Positions 48,793 to 60,738 of a stretch of DNA of 64,000 bases are shown piece after piece. The translations under genes and the position numbers were made by a program. Source of the DNA: an uncultured delta proteobacterium (lineage in GTDB: Bacteria > Desulfobacterota > Binatia > UBA9968); contig CAVTUQ010000038.1 in the NCBI GenBank assembly GCA_963737905.1, forward strand, positions 64,001 to 128,000. Direction: 5' to 3'. The notes under the pieces were generated by a model. It made no database searches and had not been told where the DNA came from. It saw nothing but the letters and a program-made list of their open reading frames with translations. How positions within the stretch are numbered: position 1 is the stretch's first letter; the number at the start of each line of letters is the position of its first letter.

Positions 48793-49788
48793 TTACTTAA
48801 ACGCGCCCTCTTGGTCCAGCTCCTTCAAGGCGCGTAGATCGACGAAGTCCTCGAACTTGCTGGACTTGGCTTTCGGTTCTTTGCTGAGCTCGTCCAGCAC
48901 CGTCTGAATCCCAGCGGCTGTGGGAAAGGGTCGGCGTGCGAGCACCTGTATGCTCCGCATCGTGGCGTAGTCGATAGTTTCGACATCTTCGGTTCGGAGA
49001 ACCGCTCGAACGACCGCTTTCGCCGCCGGCTGATCGGTCTGCAGCGCGCGGACCGATTCGGCCATACTCTTGATGATAGCTCTCACCATCTTGGGATTTC
49101 GCTCGATGTAGCTGCCCATCATATTCAAAGAAAGAAATGGGTAATCGATCTTGGAATCGGAGAGGTCCGCTACGATGTTAAATCCTTCTCTCTTCGCTCT
49201 GGGAACGAAGTCAGCGGCCATGATGGTTCCGTCCACGGTCCCGCTCAGGATAGCCGCCATGCGGGCGGCAGAGTTGCCGATTTGGAGGACCGTGACATCC
49301 TTGTCCGGATCCAAGCCGCCCTCCTTGAGCGCGAGGTTGCTTTGGAAGTGGGAACCGGAGCCGAAGCGGCTGACCGCAACTTTCTTGCCCTTCAGTTGCT
49401 TGATCGAAGTGATGGCCGGAGCCGTCAGGTAGACATGGTTGAAGCGGTTCGCGATCACTGCCGTGATGCGCATGTCGGCGCCGCGGAGTTTTGCCAACAT
49501 CGCCTCGGAGCCCTGGGAAAAAGAAACGTCGAAGGTGCCGGCGATAAGCGCCTGGTTGAGCAAGGATCCGCTGTTTACGTACACGACTTCGAGGTCGAGG
49601 CCGTTCTTGCGAAATATTCCGGCTCGACGGCCCATCTCGAGAACGTAATTGTTGAGTCCCGTGCCGCTATAACCGAGGCGCATCTTGTCCAGCGTCTGGG
49701 AGCAGGCGGGGTTAAATGAAGCAGCGGCAACCCAGAATAAAGATATCGCAAGAGAAACTGCCACACGAGCGTTGACGTTATGCATCAT
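48793..49788 (-). CDS. ABC transporter substrate-binding protein, NMT1/SsuA-like
   Basis: Signal peptide, GIFRKNGLD, LKGKKVAVSRFGSGS, GLDPDKDV. Confidence 0.88.
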   Translation of the reverse strand: MMHNVNARVAVSLAISLFWVAAASFNPACSQTLDKMRLGYSGTGLNNYVLEMGRRAGIFRKNGLDLEVVYVNSGSLLNQALIAGTFDVSFSQGSEAMLAKLRGADMRITAVIANRFNHVYLTAPAITSIKQLKGKKVAVSRFGSGSHFQSNLALKEGGLDPDKDVTVLQIGNSAARMAAILSGTVDGTIMAADFVPRAKREGFNIVADLSDSKIDYPFLSLNMMGSYIERNPKMVRAIIKSMAESVRALQTDQPAAKAVVRAVLRTEDVETIDYATMRSIQVLARRPFPTAAGIQTVLDELSKEPKAKSSKFEDFVDLRALKELDQEGAFK

Positions 49789-49857
49789 AGCCTCCAGCCG
49801 GTGTAGCTCCCAGTGTCACAAGACTGCATCCTAGCAATCGGAAAGCAAGCTTTCGTC

Positions 49858-50413
49858 TCAAGCCGTTTTTGTCGCACCCCCATGGACTAAGGCAAGCTCG
49901 ATGTCGATATTCTCTTCTTTTTGAATCGCCGCGAAGCGTTCCCGCAGCGCATTGATGTTGATTTTCGTCGGAACCGAAATATCTGCCTCCAGGCGAAAGA
50001 TCGGTGTGCCGCTTACCGGCGCAGCATAGGTTTTGGTTTCCATGGATTCGATGTTGATGCTGAAGCTACTCAAAATGCCGCTTATCTGATAGACGATGCC
50101 GGGATGGTCCATACAGGACGCCGTGAGTGTGTAGGGAAGAAATGATTCCGCCGGCTTTCGGGACGTGGGTGTCTTGATAGCAATGGCCAAGTTGGTCTCA
50201 ATTTCAAGCTCGCGGTAGTGGTTGGCGATCTTGTGAAGACTTTCCGCTGTCGCCGCTGATCAATAGGATCAGGGCGAACTCACTGCAGAAGACGGCCATT
50301 TTACTGTCCTCGATATTGCAGCCGTGGCGGGAAATAAATTCAGAAATTTTTTCCACGAGGCCAATTTGATCCGGTCCGACCGCGGTGAGGATCAGGTGAT
50401 TTCTGTCTGCCAT
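49858..50413 (-). CDS. GcvR-like tandem ACT domain protein (apparent frameshift near 50245)
   Basis: LTAVGPDQIGLV..GCNIEDSKM and DHPGIVYQIS..INIESMET in two frames. Confidence 0.8.
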
Positions 50414-50524
50414 AGACGCTCTTCCTCTGAAACGGATATTAGCCGGACCTGCGGCTAATGTTAAGAGCTTTTTGGTCAATAACAATAGGGCGGCACGGGT
50501 TTCACGCGACGCCGGCCGGCACTG

Positions 50525-52516
50525 TCAATGGGGGTCGGAAAAGGCTTCGTACAATACTTTTCCGGTGGCGTCTTTAGGAACGGGTACCTTCAAAAGCTCG
50601 GCGAGAGTGGGCGCGAAATCGACGATCCGAACACCGGTCAGCCGCTGCCCCGCCCGGACCCCTGGTCCGGCGACTACCATGAGGGTTCGCATTGAAGGCC
50701 TAAGCGGATTGAAGCCGTGCATGCCGTGTGGTTCACGTTTGGCGACGAGTTCCGTAGCGCCAAGTTTTGGATCCGGCTCATAGCCCGGCAATAAGTCTAT
50801 ATAAATGTCGCCCCCGCATTCGCCGCCGATGCCCATAGCGTCTCCTTCGGCACCCGCGTCGTAAACGGCAGTCACGACTTGCCGCTCGCCGTCGTGAATC
50901 TCAAAAAGTAACTCACGAATACGCCGCACCACATTTTCGCGCTCCTCGGGCGGAACGATGCCCCCTTTGCGGTCCGTAGAGTTGATCAGCAGGTAGCCGT
51001 TGTTAATTGCTGGATAGATTGCTTTGGTCCTGGCAAGATCAACACGCCCGCGTTCGTCCACCGCCAACAGGCCTTTTTCTTGCAAAAGCTTGTTGATGGC
51101 AACGAGTCTATGGGTTCCCTCCATGCCGTGATCCGAGATGAGCGCGACAATCGTGTTTTGGGTTTGATGGGTCATTAGGAGACCGAGCAACTCGTCCGAT
51201 AAACGGTAAACCTGTTGCAGAAAAGGACGCAACCGATCGGCAATATCCTGGCGAAAGCCGGAGAGCCCCGGGTCAAGGGAACCCCGCCACATGTGCTCTG
51301 CTTCATCGGGGAACGGCGTGTAAGCAACAAAGAGTTCCCAGGGAAGATCGAGCGCCCATCGGTTGGTTTCAACGAGTTGATGGTGTGCGAAAGAAACCGT
51401 CTCGAGATAACGCGCCTCGGCGGTGCCATCACCTCCTTTCGGAAGGGTGGCGCCGAATAATCCTTGACTGTACAGCGGATGGGCTCCGTTCCCGATGAAA
51501 GCTCTAACGGTGCCGTTGGCGTCGTGCACCAAATCAGGACGAGACATCATCTCACGCATGGGTCGCGTGAAGAAAAGAAGAAAGTCACCGCCGTCGGGCT
51601 TAAGCTCGAATAGCCTCAAATAAACTGTCGCATCACGGCCGTCATTTGTTCTGACATTGATCGGTTTGCTCCAAAAAGGCTGGCCGGCCGGCCCCGCAGG
51701 CTCGCCCTTTAGCTTCGCCTTGACTTCTTTCGCATCTCGAACACCGGCCACGAGCAGCGCATCGTAACCCTTTTGTGGATCTGATGGCTCGTCGACAAAT
51801 AAGCCATAGAGCGTGGATGCACCGATTGTAAAAGTAATTTCCAAGGGAGGAGCGTCACTGGAAGGGAGGTTCTCCCATGACTTCGCTGGTTGTGGCTTGG
51901 AGGTACGGCCGTTGACTATCCCGTCGCGGCCGGCGACGCCACGGTACCCTTGAAAATGGACTCCTCGATCCGACTTGTCGCCACCGAAGGGAACGTGCGT
52001 CACCACGACCCGCCGCCCGACGCGTTCGGCTGATGCCCAGAGGGGCTCCGCTTGCAGAAGGGCGTTGTTAAACGCGCCACTGCTCTCCAGGATCGTAAAT
52101 TGGCTCCGCGGCAGTCGCGGCACGCGGTTGCCGCTGATGCCGGTGATGCTGGGTGGAGCCCCGGTCCACAACGATGCAAACGCTGGGGCCGTTAGGGACG
52201 GAAAAGAGGAAATCACGTCATCAGCGAAAGCCCCGCCCTCGATAAGTTTCGCCAGGTTGGGAAGTTGGCCCGAGCGCAACATCTCATGAACCAAAGCCGG
52301 TACGGCGCCGTCCCAGGCGAGAACGATGGCTTTGGGTGGGGTTTGCGCAGGAACGCGGCTTGGAAAAGCGCAGGCGATAAGCAGCAGCAGAGACAACCAA
52401 GCGATCACTCGGCTATATCCGAGCTTAACGATGGTGTCTCTAACCTGGACACCGGGCGATGACGGCCGAGTTGCGTTTTTTTGGCCCGGATCAGCGGGGG
52501 GATGGTCGTGCTTCAT
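50525..52516 (-). CDS. Alkaline phosphatase superfamily / nucleotide pyrophosphatase-phosphodiesterase
   Basis: LAWDGA, PSLTAP, SDHGM, HGMHG, DFAPT. Confidence 0.85.
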   Translation of the reverse strand: MKHDHPPADPGQKNATRPSSPGVQVRDTIVKLGYSRVIAWLSLLLLIACAFPSRVPAQTPPKAIVLAWDGAVPALVHEMLRSGQLPNLAKLIEGGAFADDVISSFPSLTAPAFASLWTGAPPSITGISGNRVPRLPRSQFTILESSGAFNNALLQAEPLWASAERVGRRVVVTHVPFGGDKSDRGVHFQGYRGVAGRDGIVNGRTSKPQPAKSWENLPSSDAPPLEITFTIGASTLYGLFVDEPSDPQKGYDALLVAGVRDAKEVKAKLKGEPAGPAGQPFWSKPINVRTNDGRDATVYLRLFELKPDGGDFLLFFTRPMREMMSRPDLVHDANGTVRAFIGNGAHPLYSQGLFGATLPKGGDGTAEARYLETVSFAHHQLVETNRWALDLPWELFVAYTPFPDEAEHMWRGSLDPGLSGFRQDIADRLRPFLQQVYRLSDELLGLLMTHQTQNTIVALISDHGMEGTHRLVAINKLLQEKGLLAVDERGRVDLARTKAIYPAINNGYLLINSTDRKGGIVPPEERENVVRRIRELLFEIHDGERQVVTAVYDAGAEGDAMGIGGECGGDIYIDLLPGYEPDPKLGATELVAKREPHGMHGFNPLRPSMRTLMVVAGPGVRAGQRLTGVRIVDFAPTLAELLKVPVPKDATGKVLYEAFSDPH

Positions 52517-52740
52517 TAAAGAAGATTTGATCGATGGTTTTTCCTGCGTGGCAATGGCTTCAGCGTAGCGTTTTCAGGATATTTTCCTGAACACATTCCC
52601 ACGGCACAATGAATGAGCTTGAGAGTAGCCGATGATGAACGATAGTGTCAACGAAGGGGCTTTATTCGTTCCTTGGCGTTCTCCGGAGCACGGCTTGGGC
52701 CCTGGAGAACAATTCCGAAATTATTTAAGATCTTTATCTC

Positions 52741-54831
52741 GTGGCTCCAAATTGCCATGCCCGATATGGAGGCTGCCGAATGGTTAAAAAGATTCCGACT
52801 CGTCTCGAACAACACGGCCACGTGCGGATCGACGACTACTACTGGTTAAGAGAACGTGACAATCCGGAGGTTATCTCGTATCTCAATGCCGAGAATGATT
52901 ACGCGGAAAAGGCGATGGCCCATGCCCAGCCGTCGGAGGAAATGCTTTTCGAAGAGATCAAGGCCCGGTTCAAACCGACGGACATGTCCGTGCCGTACCT
53001 GAGGGATGGATATTATTACTACACGCGCTATGAGGAAGGAAGGGAGTACCCGATCTTCGCGCGCAAGAGGGGCTCGTTAGACGCAGGTGAAGAGATCATG
53101 CTCGATGCCAACGTATTGGCCGCGGGACATGAGTTCTTCGCCATCGGTGGCTGGACGGTGAGCTCGGAGCGAGACCTGCTTGCTTACGCGGTCGATACGC
53201 AGGGCCGAAGGGTTTACACGACCTATTTCAAGAACCTCTCCACGAACGCCATGCTTGCGGATCTCATACCCGAAGTCAGCGAAAACCTCACCTGGGCCAA
53301 CGACAACCGGACACTTTTCTATGCGAAGCAGGATCCGACGACACTGCGAGCCTATCAGATCTATCGCCATGTGCTTGGAAACGATCCGGCTGAGGATCAA
53401 CTGGTTTTTGAAGAAACCGACGAGACGTTTGCAGCCTATGTTTTCAAGACCAAGTCGAAAAAGTATCTGATGATCGTGTCGTCTCATACCCTGAGCCAGG
53501 AGTATCGGTATTTGGAAGCGGGCAATCCCACTGGGATGTTTAACGTTTTTTTGCCCCGGGAACGGGATCATGAATATCACGTGGATCACTACCAGGATCG
53601 ATTCCTGATACGCACCAATGACCATGCCAAGAATTTTCGACTGATGGCCACGGCCCTGGATAAAACTTCAAAAGAGCACTGGCAGGAGATTATTCCGCAT
53701 CGCGACGATGTCTTCCTCGGCGATTTCGAAATCTTTAAAGACCATCTGGTTCTCGAAGAGCGCAAACGCGGCTTGAATCAACTTCGAGTCGTGCCCTGGG
53801 CAGGCGGTGGCGAGCACTATCTGGAATTCGACGAGCCGGCGTACCGGGTGAATGCGGGCACCAATCTCGAATTCGAAACGACCATTTTGCGGTTCGAGTA
53901 CACCTCGATGAAAACTCCGCTGTCGATCTACGATTACGACATGGTAACGCGAGCAAAGATCCTGCTGAAGCGAGAAGAGGTGCTCGGCGGCTTCAATACG
54001 GACAACTATGTGACCGAACGTCTTTACGCTCCGGCGTCCGATGGCACCGAGATCCCTTTGTCGATTGTCTACCGCGAGGGGACCCAAAGGGATGGACAAA
54101 ATCCCTTGCTGCTGTATGGCTACGGCGCCTATGGCCTCAGCATAGATCCGGCGTTTGCGTCGCCGCGTCTGAGCTTGATCGACCGTGGGTTCGTGTACGT
54201 CATCGCCCATGTCCGCGGTGGCCAAGAGCTCGGACGCCGGTGGTATGAGGACGGCAAGCTCTTAATGAAGAAAAACACCTTTACCGATTTTATCGCCTGT
54301 GCGGAATACCTGATCCGCGAAGGGTTTACGAATTCCGGCAAGTTGTTCGCTATGGGGCGAAGCGCCGGCGGTTTGCTTATGGGTGCGATGACGAATATGC
54401 GGCCCGAGTTGTTCAAAGGTGTGGTTGCCGAAGTCCCTTTCGTTGATGTGATTACCACTATGCTCGATCCGTCGATTCCACTCACAACCGGCGAGTATGA
54501 CGAGTGGGGAGACCCCAATCGGAAAGAGTACTACGACTATATGTTGTCCTATTCTCCCTACGACAACGTTGAGGCCAAGGACTACCCAAATCTATTGATC
54601 ACCGGAGGGCTGCACGATTCCCAAGTCCAATACTGGGAACCTGCCAAGTGGGCAGCCAAACTACGGGAGCTGAAGACGGACAAGAATCGGCTCCTTTTGA
54701 AAACGAACATGGACGCTGGGCATGGCGGTGCCTCCGGCCGTTTCAAGAGACATCATGAGACGGCCTTCTCCTATGCCTTTTTGTTGGATCTGGCGGGGAC
54801 AAAGGAGCAAAAGACACCCGTCTCGAGCTAG
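52741..54831 (+). CDS. ptrB: Oligopeptidase B (S9A); start may be ATG 52780
   Basis: DDYYWLR, YGYGAYG, GRSAGG, DSQVQYWEPAKW, AGHGG. Confidence 0.93.
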   Translation: MAPNCHARYGGCRMVKKIPTRLEQHGHVRIDDYYWLRERDNPEVISYLNAENDYAEKAMAHAQPSEEMLFEEIKARFKPTDMSVPYLRDGYYYYTRYEEGREYPIFARKRGSLDAGEEIMLDANVLAAGHEFFAIGGWTVSSERDLLAYAVDTQGRRVYTTYFKNLSTNAMLADLIPEVSENLTWANDNRTLFYAKQDPTTLRAYQIYRHVLGNDPAEDQLVFEETDETFAAYVFKTKSKKYLMIVSSHTLSQEYRYLEAGNPTGMFNVFLPRERDHEYHVDHYQDRFLIRTNDHAKNFRLMATALDKTSKEHWQEIIPHRDDVFLGDFEIFKDHLVLEERKRGLNQLRVVPWAGGGEHYLEFDEPAYRVNAGTNLEFETTILRFEYTSMKTPLSIYDYDMVTRAKILLKREEVLGGFNTDNYVTERLYAPASDGTEIPLSIVYREGTQRDGQNPLLLYGYGAYGLSIDPAFASPRLSLIDRGFVYVIAHVRGGQELGRRWYEDGKLLMKKNTFTDFIACAEYLIREGFTNSGKLFAMGRSAGGLLMGAMTNMRPELFKGVVAEVPFVDVITTMLDPSIPLTTGEYDEWGDPNRKEYYDYMLSYSPYDNVEAKDYPNLLITGGLHDSQVQYWEPAKWAAKLRELKTDKNRLLLKTNMDAGHGGASGRFKRHHETAFSYAFLLDLAGTKEQKTPVSS

Positions 54832-54935
54832 ACGAAGGTCCCCCCCATGTGTGTGCTGGATTTGATGTGCATTCAAGTGAATGCTTTTCTCCGCAAGCCG
54901 GAGGGTTTCTAGAATAGTTGTCGATAGAGCGCGCC

Positions 54936-56656
54936 ATGAACGACAGAAACAGATCGTTATGTCTCCTCATTGTTCTGTGCGGCGCGCTGTACTTTCCTTA
55001 TCTGGGCTCCACGCCGTTTTTTGATAAGGGCGAGCCCAGAGAGGCGCTTGCGGTGCAGGACATCGTCCAACGTGGGGAATGGTTGTTCCCGCTCAAGCGC
55101 GCCACCGCCGTTCCCTCCAAGCCGCCACTGTTTCATTGGTCGGCGGCGTTGGTGTCTGAGATCACGGGAACAATGAATGAAGTTACGATTCGCTTTCCAT
55201 CAGCACTCTACGCCACCTTGGGTGTCTTGGTGGTGTATCTTTTCGGGCGCAAGATCTTCGGTAATCAAGTTGCGCTTCTCGGGGCCGCTATCCTGGCAAC
55301 GACTTCGATTTACGCCGATGAGGCGCTGAACGCGCGCGTCGATATGACGTTGAGTTTTTTTGTTACCCTGAGCCTGGTGCTTTTCTATTCGCTCTATCGT
55401 GGGTTCTTGACCGGTACCTTGTGGTATTACGCGCTCTACATTGTTCTTGGAGTGGGTACCTTGGCCAAAGGTCCTTTGGGTATTTTGCTGCCCGGCCTCG
55501 TCGTGGGCACGTTTCTGGTGGTGAAAAAAAGGTGGGACTGGCTAGCCAGGGTTTGCTTTCATCCGGGTGTCGTTCTGACCGTGATCCTGGCAGTGGGTTG
55601 GTACGGGATTGCGGTAAGCCGCGGCGGGGAAGGTTTTGTGGATCGTCAGCTTCTTCAAGAGAATATCGAGCGCTTTTTTGGCGGCTCTGGGCATAGCCAC
55701 CCCGTCTATTACTATATTCCCTATCTTTTCTCTCAAGGTTTGCCGTGGAGTTTATTTCTACCGTTCCTCCTTTGGGATTCATTCAAGCAGGGTTTTTCAT
55801 CGGATGATGATACCCTGTTTCTGAGGCTCTGGTTTCTAGTCATGTTTGTTTTCTTTTCTATCTCCGTGGGAAAGCGTCCGGATTATCTTTTGCCGTTATA
55901 TCCCGCTTTGTCATTGATGATGGGTGCGTGGTTTTACCGGCAGGGGACGGCAGTTGGGACGAGGAGCGTACTCTATCGCTGTATTGCAATCGTCGCCGGC
56001 TTTACCGCCCTTTTGCTTCTTGTTATCTCGCTGGGAGCAATCTGGAATCATGATTCCGGCTGGTTTCTCGCGTTGATTGAGGGTCTCCTTAAAGAAAAAG
56101 ACCGTGCCAATCTCGTGGTTGTTAGGAATGAGATCGGAGCGATTCGGCTGGTCGTTCGCAGTTGTCTCGCTCTTGTCAGCGGCACTTTGGATCTGGTTGG
56201 GGCGTGACCTTTGGAAGGGCAGAGTGCGCCCCGCTGCCCATCGGCTTGTGTTCATTTCGATACTGCAAGCATTCATCATTCGGGCGATGGTGACGCCGGC
56301 GATAGCTGAGGCGAGGAGTTATCGCTCGTTCATGGAGGCGGTCAATCGGCACGTCGGGGCGAATGGAAAGCTGCATTTATACGGAGCCTTTAACAGCGAT
56401 TCGGTGGTGTTTTATCACGGCGAATCTATTCAAGTGCTTGATGAGTCGCCGGAAATGATCGCCGCGAGGGCGGGCTCGGGTGACGATTACGTCATTATGG
56501 CAGAAAAAGATTGGCGCAGAATTCGGGAGATTAATCCCGGCCTTCCGCTCACCTTTGTTGGAGAGCGAGGGTAAGGGACCCGAAGGGGACACGCGACTGA
56601 TCCTGGTTAGGGCCCAGCGTTCCATGATATCCATGTTTGGATCGTTTGCACCGTAG
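54936..56656 (+). CDS. ArnT/GT39-like membrane glycosyltransferase (apparent frameshifts near 56140 and 56555)
   Basis: DKGEPRE, KPPLFHW, RFPSA, LAKGPLG, KRPDYLLPLYP; C-terminus continues in ORF 56077-56574 and beyond. Confidence 0.82.
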
Positions 56657-56719
56657 GGGTGACGAGACGAAAAGGATTTACGTCCATGCGTGCCTATGGG
56701 GAAATATCAAAAACGCGGG

Positions 56720-58048
56720 TCATCTCGTTGGTTTTTTCTTGAGGTCTTCCCAATGTTTCACCCGTTCCTTGATTTGCTTTTCGTGCCCCGACTCGGAGGG
56801 TAAGTAATACTTTCGCCCTTTGAGATCAGCCGGTAAGTGCTCCTGCTCCACCACATGATCAGGAAAGTCATGAGCGTATTGGTAGTCTTTGCCGTAGCCC
56901 AGTTTCTGCATCAATGGTGTGGGGGCGTTTCTGAGATGTAGGGGAACGGGCAAGGTACCTTTCTCTTCGACATCTTGGGTCGCCGCGAGCAGCGCTTTAT
57001 AGGAAGCATTGGATTTAGGTGCAGTTGCAAGATAGGTCACAGCCTGCGCTAGTGGGATTTTGCCTTCCGGCAGGCCAACAAAATGAAAGGCGTCTTTGGC
57101 TGCCACGGCGACTTGCAGCGCCTGGGGATCAGCATTGCCGATATCTTCCGCTGCAAAGATAATCATGCGGCGGGCAATGAAAAGGGGATCTTCCCCGGCC
57201 TCTATCATTCGCATCATCCAGTAGAGGGCGGCATCTGGATCGCTGCCGCGTAGACTCTTGATAAAGGCCGAAATGACGTTGTAGTGTTCGTCGCCGGCCT
57301 TGTCGTATTGAAGCGGCTTTCGCTGCAAGGCCTCTTGTAAGTGGCTCAGTTCGATTTTGTTTTTTTTATCTTTGCGGGCCAAGGTGGCCGCATTTTCCAG
57401 CGCGCTTAACGCCACGCGGCAGTCCCCCTGAGAGTGTTGAATGACAAACTCACGTGCCTCATCGGCAATCTCAAGCTGCCACGTTCCCAGTCCGCCCGCT
57501 TTGTCCCGGAGCGCGCGCTCGACGATTTTTCCGATGTCGTCGGGCGTAAGCGGATTCAGCACTAAAACCTGACAGCGCGAAAGCAGGGGCGAGATGACTT
57601 CAAAAGAAGGATTCTCTGTGGTGGCGCCGATCAAGATCAGAGTGCCGCGTTCCACGTGGGGCAGGAAGTTGTCCTGTTGGGATTTGTTGAAATGGTGAAT
57701 CTCGTCGACAAAAAGTACGGTGCGCCTGCCGAGACGCCGAAACTCCTCCGCCTCATGAATAATCTTCTTGAGATCTTTGACACCGGAAGTGACGGCTGAG
57801 AAATGAACGCAGGCAGCGCCGGCAGTGCGGGCCAGAATCTGCGCCAGGGTAGTTTTCCCGCTTCCCGGTGGTCCCCATAAAATGAGCGATCGAAGCTCGC
57901 CTGCCTCGGTCAGTTCGCGAAGCAGTTTCCCGTCGCCGAGCAAGTGCTCTTGGCCGACGAATTCATCCAAGGTTTTCGGTCGCATGCGTTCGGCTAATGG
58001 CTCCAAGGGGCGGGCCTGGGCGGATGAATTTAATTCGAACAGCTCCAT
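56720..58048 (-). CDS. rarA: Replication-associated recombination protein A
   Basis: [50 protein letters not shown]. Confidence 0.95.
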   Translation of the reverse strand: MELFELNSSAQARPLEPLAERMRPKTLDEFVGQEHLLGDGKLLRELTEAGELRSLILWGPPGSGKTTLAQILARTAGAACVHFSAVTSGVKDLKKIIHEAEEFRRLGRRTVLFVDEIHHFNKSQQDNFLPHVERGTLILIGATTENPSFEVISPLLSRCQVLVLNPLTPDDIGKIVERALRDKAGGLGTWQLEIADEAREFVIQHSQGDCRVALSALENAATLARKDKKNKIELSHLQEALQRKPLQYDKAGDEHYNVISAFIKSLRGSDPDAALYWMMRMIEAGEDPLFIARRMIIFAAEDIGNADPQALQVAVAAKDAFHFVGLPEGKIPLAQAVTYLATAPKSNASYKALLAATQDVEEKGTLPVPLHLRNAPTPLMQKLGYGKDYQYAHDFPDHVVEQEHLPADLKGRKYYLPSESGHEKQIKERVKHWEDLKKKPTR

Positions 58049-58151
58049 GATTTCATGGTATCATATTAAAATGATCAGGATGCAACGCAGCCTGAGGGAC
58101 TCTTGTGCAGGTCTAGCCGGGTCTAGATCGGCTGTTTTGAGGTCATAAGGC

Positions 58152-58556
58152 GTGGCGGAAAAATCAGACAACGGCAAAACGCCTTCTGCACAGGGCGCGC
58201 CGAGAACCGTGCTGTTTCCCGACTCCTCAATATCCGGAAAGCTCAGTTACAATTTGCCGGTTCGGATCGATAGCCGCTTCAGTGGTGAGATCAAAGCCAG
58301 TGATCTTTTAGTCGTAGGCGCGAACGCCCAGGTCGATGCCCATATCTACGCCCGCCAACTCCAAGTCGAAGGGAAGTTGGCGGGCACCGTACAGGTGATC
58401 GGTTGCTTCGAAATTATGCCGGGTGGCCAATTCCAGGGTGAGTTCAAAGCCGGAGAGCTCAAGGTTCACCCCGGGGCCGTATGCGAAGGAAAAGGAAAAG
58501 TTCTGGGTCTAGTTGAGGAAGTTGCTCAGTTGCCGGCAGGTCCCTCCTCGCCATAG
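58152..58556 (+). CDS. Bactofilin (polymer-forming cytoskeletal protein)
   Basis: Beta-helix pattern ISGKL..VRID..FSGEI..LVVG..VEGKLAG..GAVCEG. Confidence 0.75.
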   Translation: MAEKSDNGKTPSAQGAPRTVLFPDSSISGKLSYNLPVRIDSRFSGEIKASDLLVVGANAQVDAHIYARQLQVEGKLAGTVQVIGCFEIMPGGQFQGEFKAGELKVHPGAVCEGKGKVLGLVEEVAQLPAGPSSP

Positions 58557-58882
58557 AGACGCGCTGCCTTACCGGACCGCTCTCGCAGATAATAGAGTTT
58601 GGCGCGGCGCACCTTGCCGCGTGATACGACGTCGACCTTTTCAATGCGAGGCGAATGCAAGGGGAAGATCCTTTCCACGCCGACCCCGTAGGAGACTTTC
58701 CGGACAGTGAAGGTCGCACGGTTGCCTTTGCCGGAAAGAGCGATGACGATTCCCTCGAAGATCTGAGTTCGCTCTTTTTCACCCTCTACCACTTTTACGT
58801 GAACCCGAACGGTCTCACCTGGCCGCAATGAGGGGATCTCTTTCTTGGATTGCTCCGCTTCGATTTGATTCAAGATATTCAT
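58526..58882 (-). CDS. rplS: 50S ribosomal protein L19
   Basis: [35 protein letters not shown]. Confidence 0.98.
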   Translation of the reverse strand: MNILNQIEAEQSKKEIPSLRPGETVRVHVKVVEGEKERTQIFEGIVIALSGKGNRATFTVRKVSYGVGVERIFPLHSPRIEKVDVVSRGKVRRAKLYYLRERSGKAARLYGEEGPAGN

Positions 58883-58900
58883 GGCTGACTCCTGTGAAAT

Positions 58901-60178
58901 TTACTGACCGCCGAGGAGACGGTCGAACACGATCGCTGCGGCTGATCTCACCGAAAGATGATTATAGTCGGTTGGCCCCTCAATGGCTTCAAGAACATAA
59001 TCTGATCGTGAGAAAATGGTTTCTGTGAGTCCCCATCCCGTGCCCAGAATGAGCAGGAACGGCTGGCTTAACTGTATTAACATGTCTCGGAGGTCCGCGA
59101 AAGAGGTGCGGCTGGCGCCTGGTCGGGCAGACGTGACGATCAACAAAGGTTTCTTCCCACATTCGTGTTCGATGTCAACGAGCACGTCGTCCAGAGTATC
59201 TTTGATGCGGACCAGAGCCAGCGCCTCCTTGCGGGTGACGTTATATTGACTGCCATAGCCCCGTTCCCAATGGTCGATTATCTTGTGGGCGAGCTTTTGT
59301 AGGGCCTTGACCGGCGTGACGACATAAAAGCCGTGAATCCCGTAGGTCCTTCCCGAGCGGGCAATGTCGTGAATGTCCATGTTGGTCACGGCGGTGGTTA
59401 CTACTTGCCTGTTCTTGTCGTAGACAGGGTGATGGAGCAGTGCGACATAGACGGGCGCCCGGATGCCGCTCGCTTTGGCTCTTTCTTCCAGGGTCAGAGT
59501 CGCTTTGACAAGAAGATCGGGACGCCGGTCCATGGTTAGCCGAATGCTCGCTTCCCGTCGCCACTGTCTAATATGCCCGTGATCACCTGAAAGAAGTACC
59601 TCTGGGACCTTCATACCGCGAAAGTCTTCGGGACGAGTGTACTGTGGGTATTCCAGCAGCCCGTTACTGAAAGATTCGTCTCCGGCGGACTTTTCATTTC
59701 CCAAGACTCCGGGGATCAGCCGTGCTACGGCGTCGATCACGACCATGGCGGCGGGCTCACCCCCGCTCAAGGTAAAGTCGCCCACCGAAAGTTCTTCGTC
59801 GACAAAGGACTTAACCCTTTCATCGACACCTTCGTAGCGGCCGCAAACCAAAACCAAATCTTCTTTTTGTGCCAATTCAGCGGCCCTTGCTTGCGTGAAA
59901 ACTGTTCCTTGGGGCGAAAGCAATAGGACTCTCGCCTTGGAACTTTGCGCGCGAATCGCTTCGATGGCCGACACTAAAGGTTCTGGCTTCATCACCATCC
60001 CCTGGCCTCCACCGTAGGGATAGTCATCGGTGACGTGATGTCGGTCGGTCGTAAAGTCGCGTGGATCGACCAGTCGAATGGCGATCAGACCCTTCTCCTG
60101 GGCCTTTTTGAGGATACTGTGACCCAGCGGCGATTCAAACATTTGTGGGAATAGCGTGACGACCGTAAAGTTAAGCAT
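58901..60178 (-). CDS. trmD: tRNA (guanine-N1)-methyltransferase TrmD fused to a second SPOUT domain (DUF2168-like)
   Basis: [21 protein letters not shown] and LEYPQYTRP, then [24 protein letters not shown] and YNHLSVRSA in the same frame. Confidence 0.93.
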   Translation of the reverse strand: MLNFTVVTLFPQMFESPLGHSILKKAQEKGLIAIRLVDPRDFTTDRHHVTDDYPYGGGQGMVMKPEPLVSAIEAIRAQSSKARVLLLSPQGTVFTQARAAELAQKEDLVLVCGRYEGVDERVKSFVDEELSVGDFTLSGGEPAAMVVIDAVARLIPGVLGNEKSAGDESFSNGLLEYPQYTRPEDFRGMKVPEVLLSGDHGHIRQWRREASIRLTMDRRPDLLVKATLTLEERAKASGIRAPVYVALLHHPVYDKNRQVVTTAVTNMDIHDIARSGRTYGIHGFYVVTPVKALQKLAHKIIDHWERGYGSQYNVTRKEALALVRIKDTLDDVLVDIEHECGKKPLLIVTSARPGASRTSFADLRDMLIQLSQPFLLILGTGWGLTETIFSRSDYVLEAIEGPTDYNHLSVRSAAAIVFDRLLGGQ

Positions 60179-60207
60179 CAGGTCAGCTACGGCAACCAAA
60201 GCCAGCA

Positions 60208-60720
60208 CTAGAGATCCAAAAGCCCTTCAGGGGGATTGATGGTCATCTTGCCGGCGGCGAAATCGACCTTCTCGATGATTTCTTTTACCGCGGGGATAAG
60301 GTGCTCTTTCAGAGCGCCAGTGACGACATACAGTTCTCCTCCCGGCGTGGACCAAGTTCGAGCGACGACTCCGATGCGCTCTCCTTTGGTATCGAAAACC
60401 TCCAGGCCAATCACCTGATAGTGGTAGTATTCGCCCGATGGCAGAGAATCAAGATCCCGTTCCGCTAGATAGAGGATGGAACCGACCCAAGGTTCAGCAT
60501 CCTCAATCCGATCCACGCCGGATAACTTTACCAAAAATTGACTTTTGTAAGGCCGGCTTTTCTCGATTTCGTGCCTCCGCCGACTCTGCTCTTTCTGCAA
60601 CCAAATTTCCCGGCTGGGGTTGAGAACGGTTGTCAGAGGGTTGTACGGGTTGAGTTTCAGCCAGCCACCGATACCATGGGTGGTGACTATCTCTCCAAGA
60701 GGGACGAACCGCTCGGACAC
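60208..60720 (-). CDS. rimM: Ribosome maturation factor RimM
   Basis: [30 protein letters not shown]; operon position. Confidence 0.93.
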   Translation of the reverse strand: MSERFVPLGEIVTTHGIGGWLKLNPYNPLTTVLNPSREIWLQKEQSRRRHEIEKSRPYKSQFLVKLSGVDRIEDAEPWVGSILYLAERDLDSLPSGEYYHYQVIGLEVFDTKGERIGVVARTWSTPGGELYVVTGALKEHLIPAVKEIIEKVDFAAGKMTINPPEGLLDL

Positions 60721-60738
60721 GGGTCTGGTGCGGGAAGG

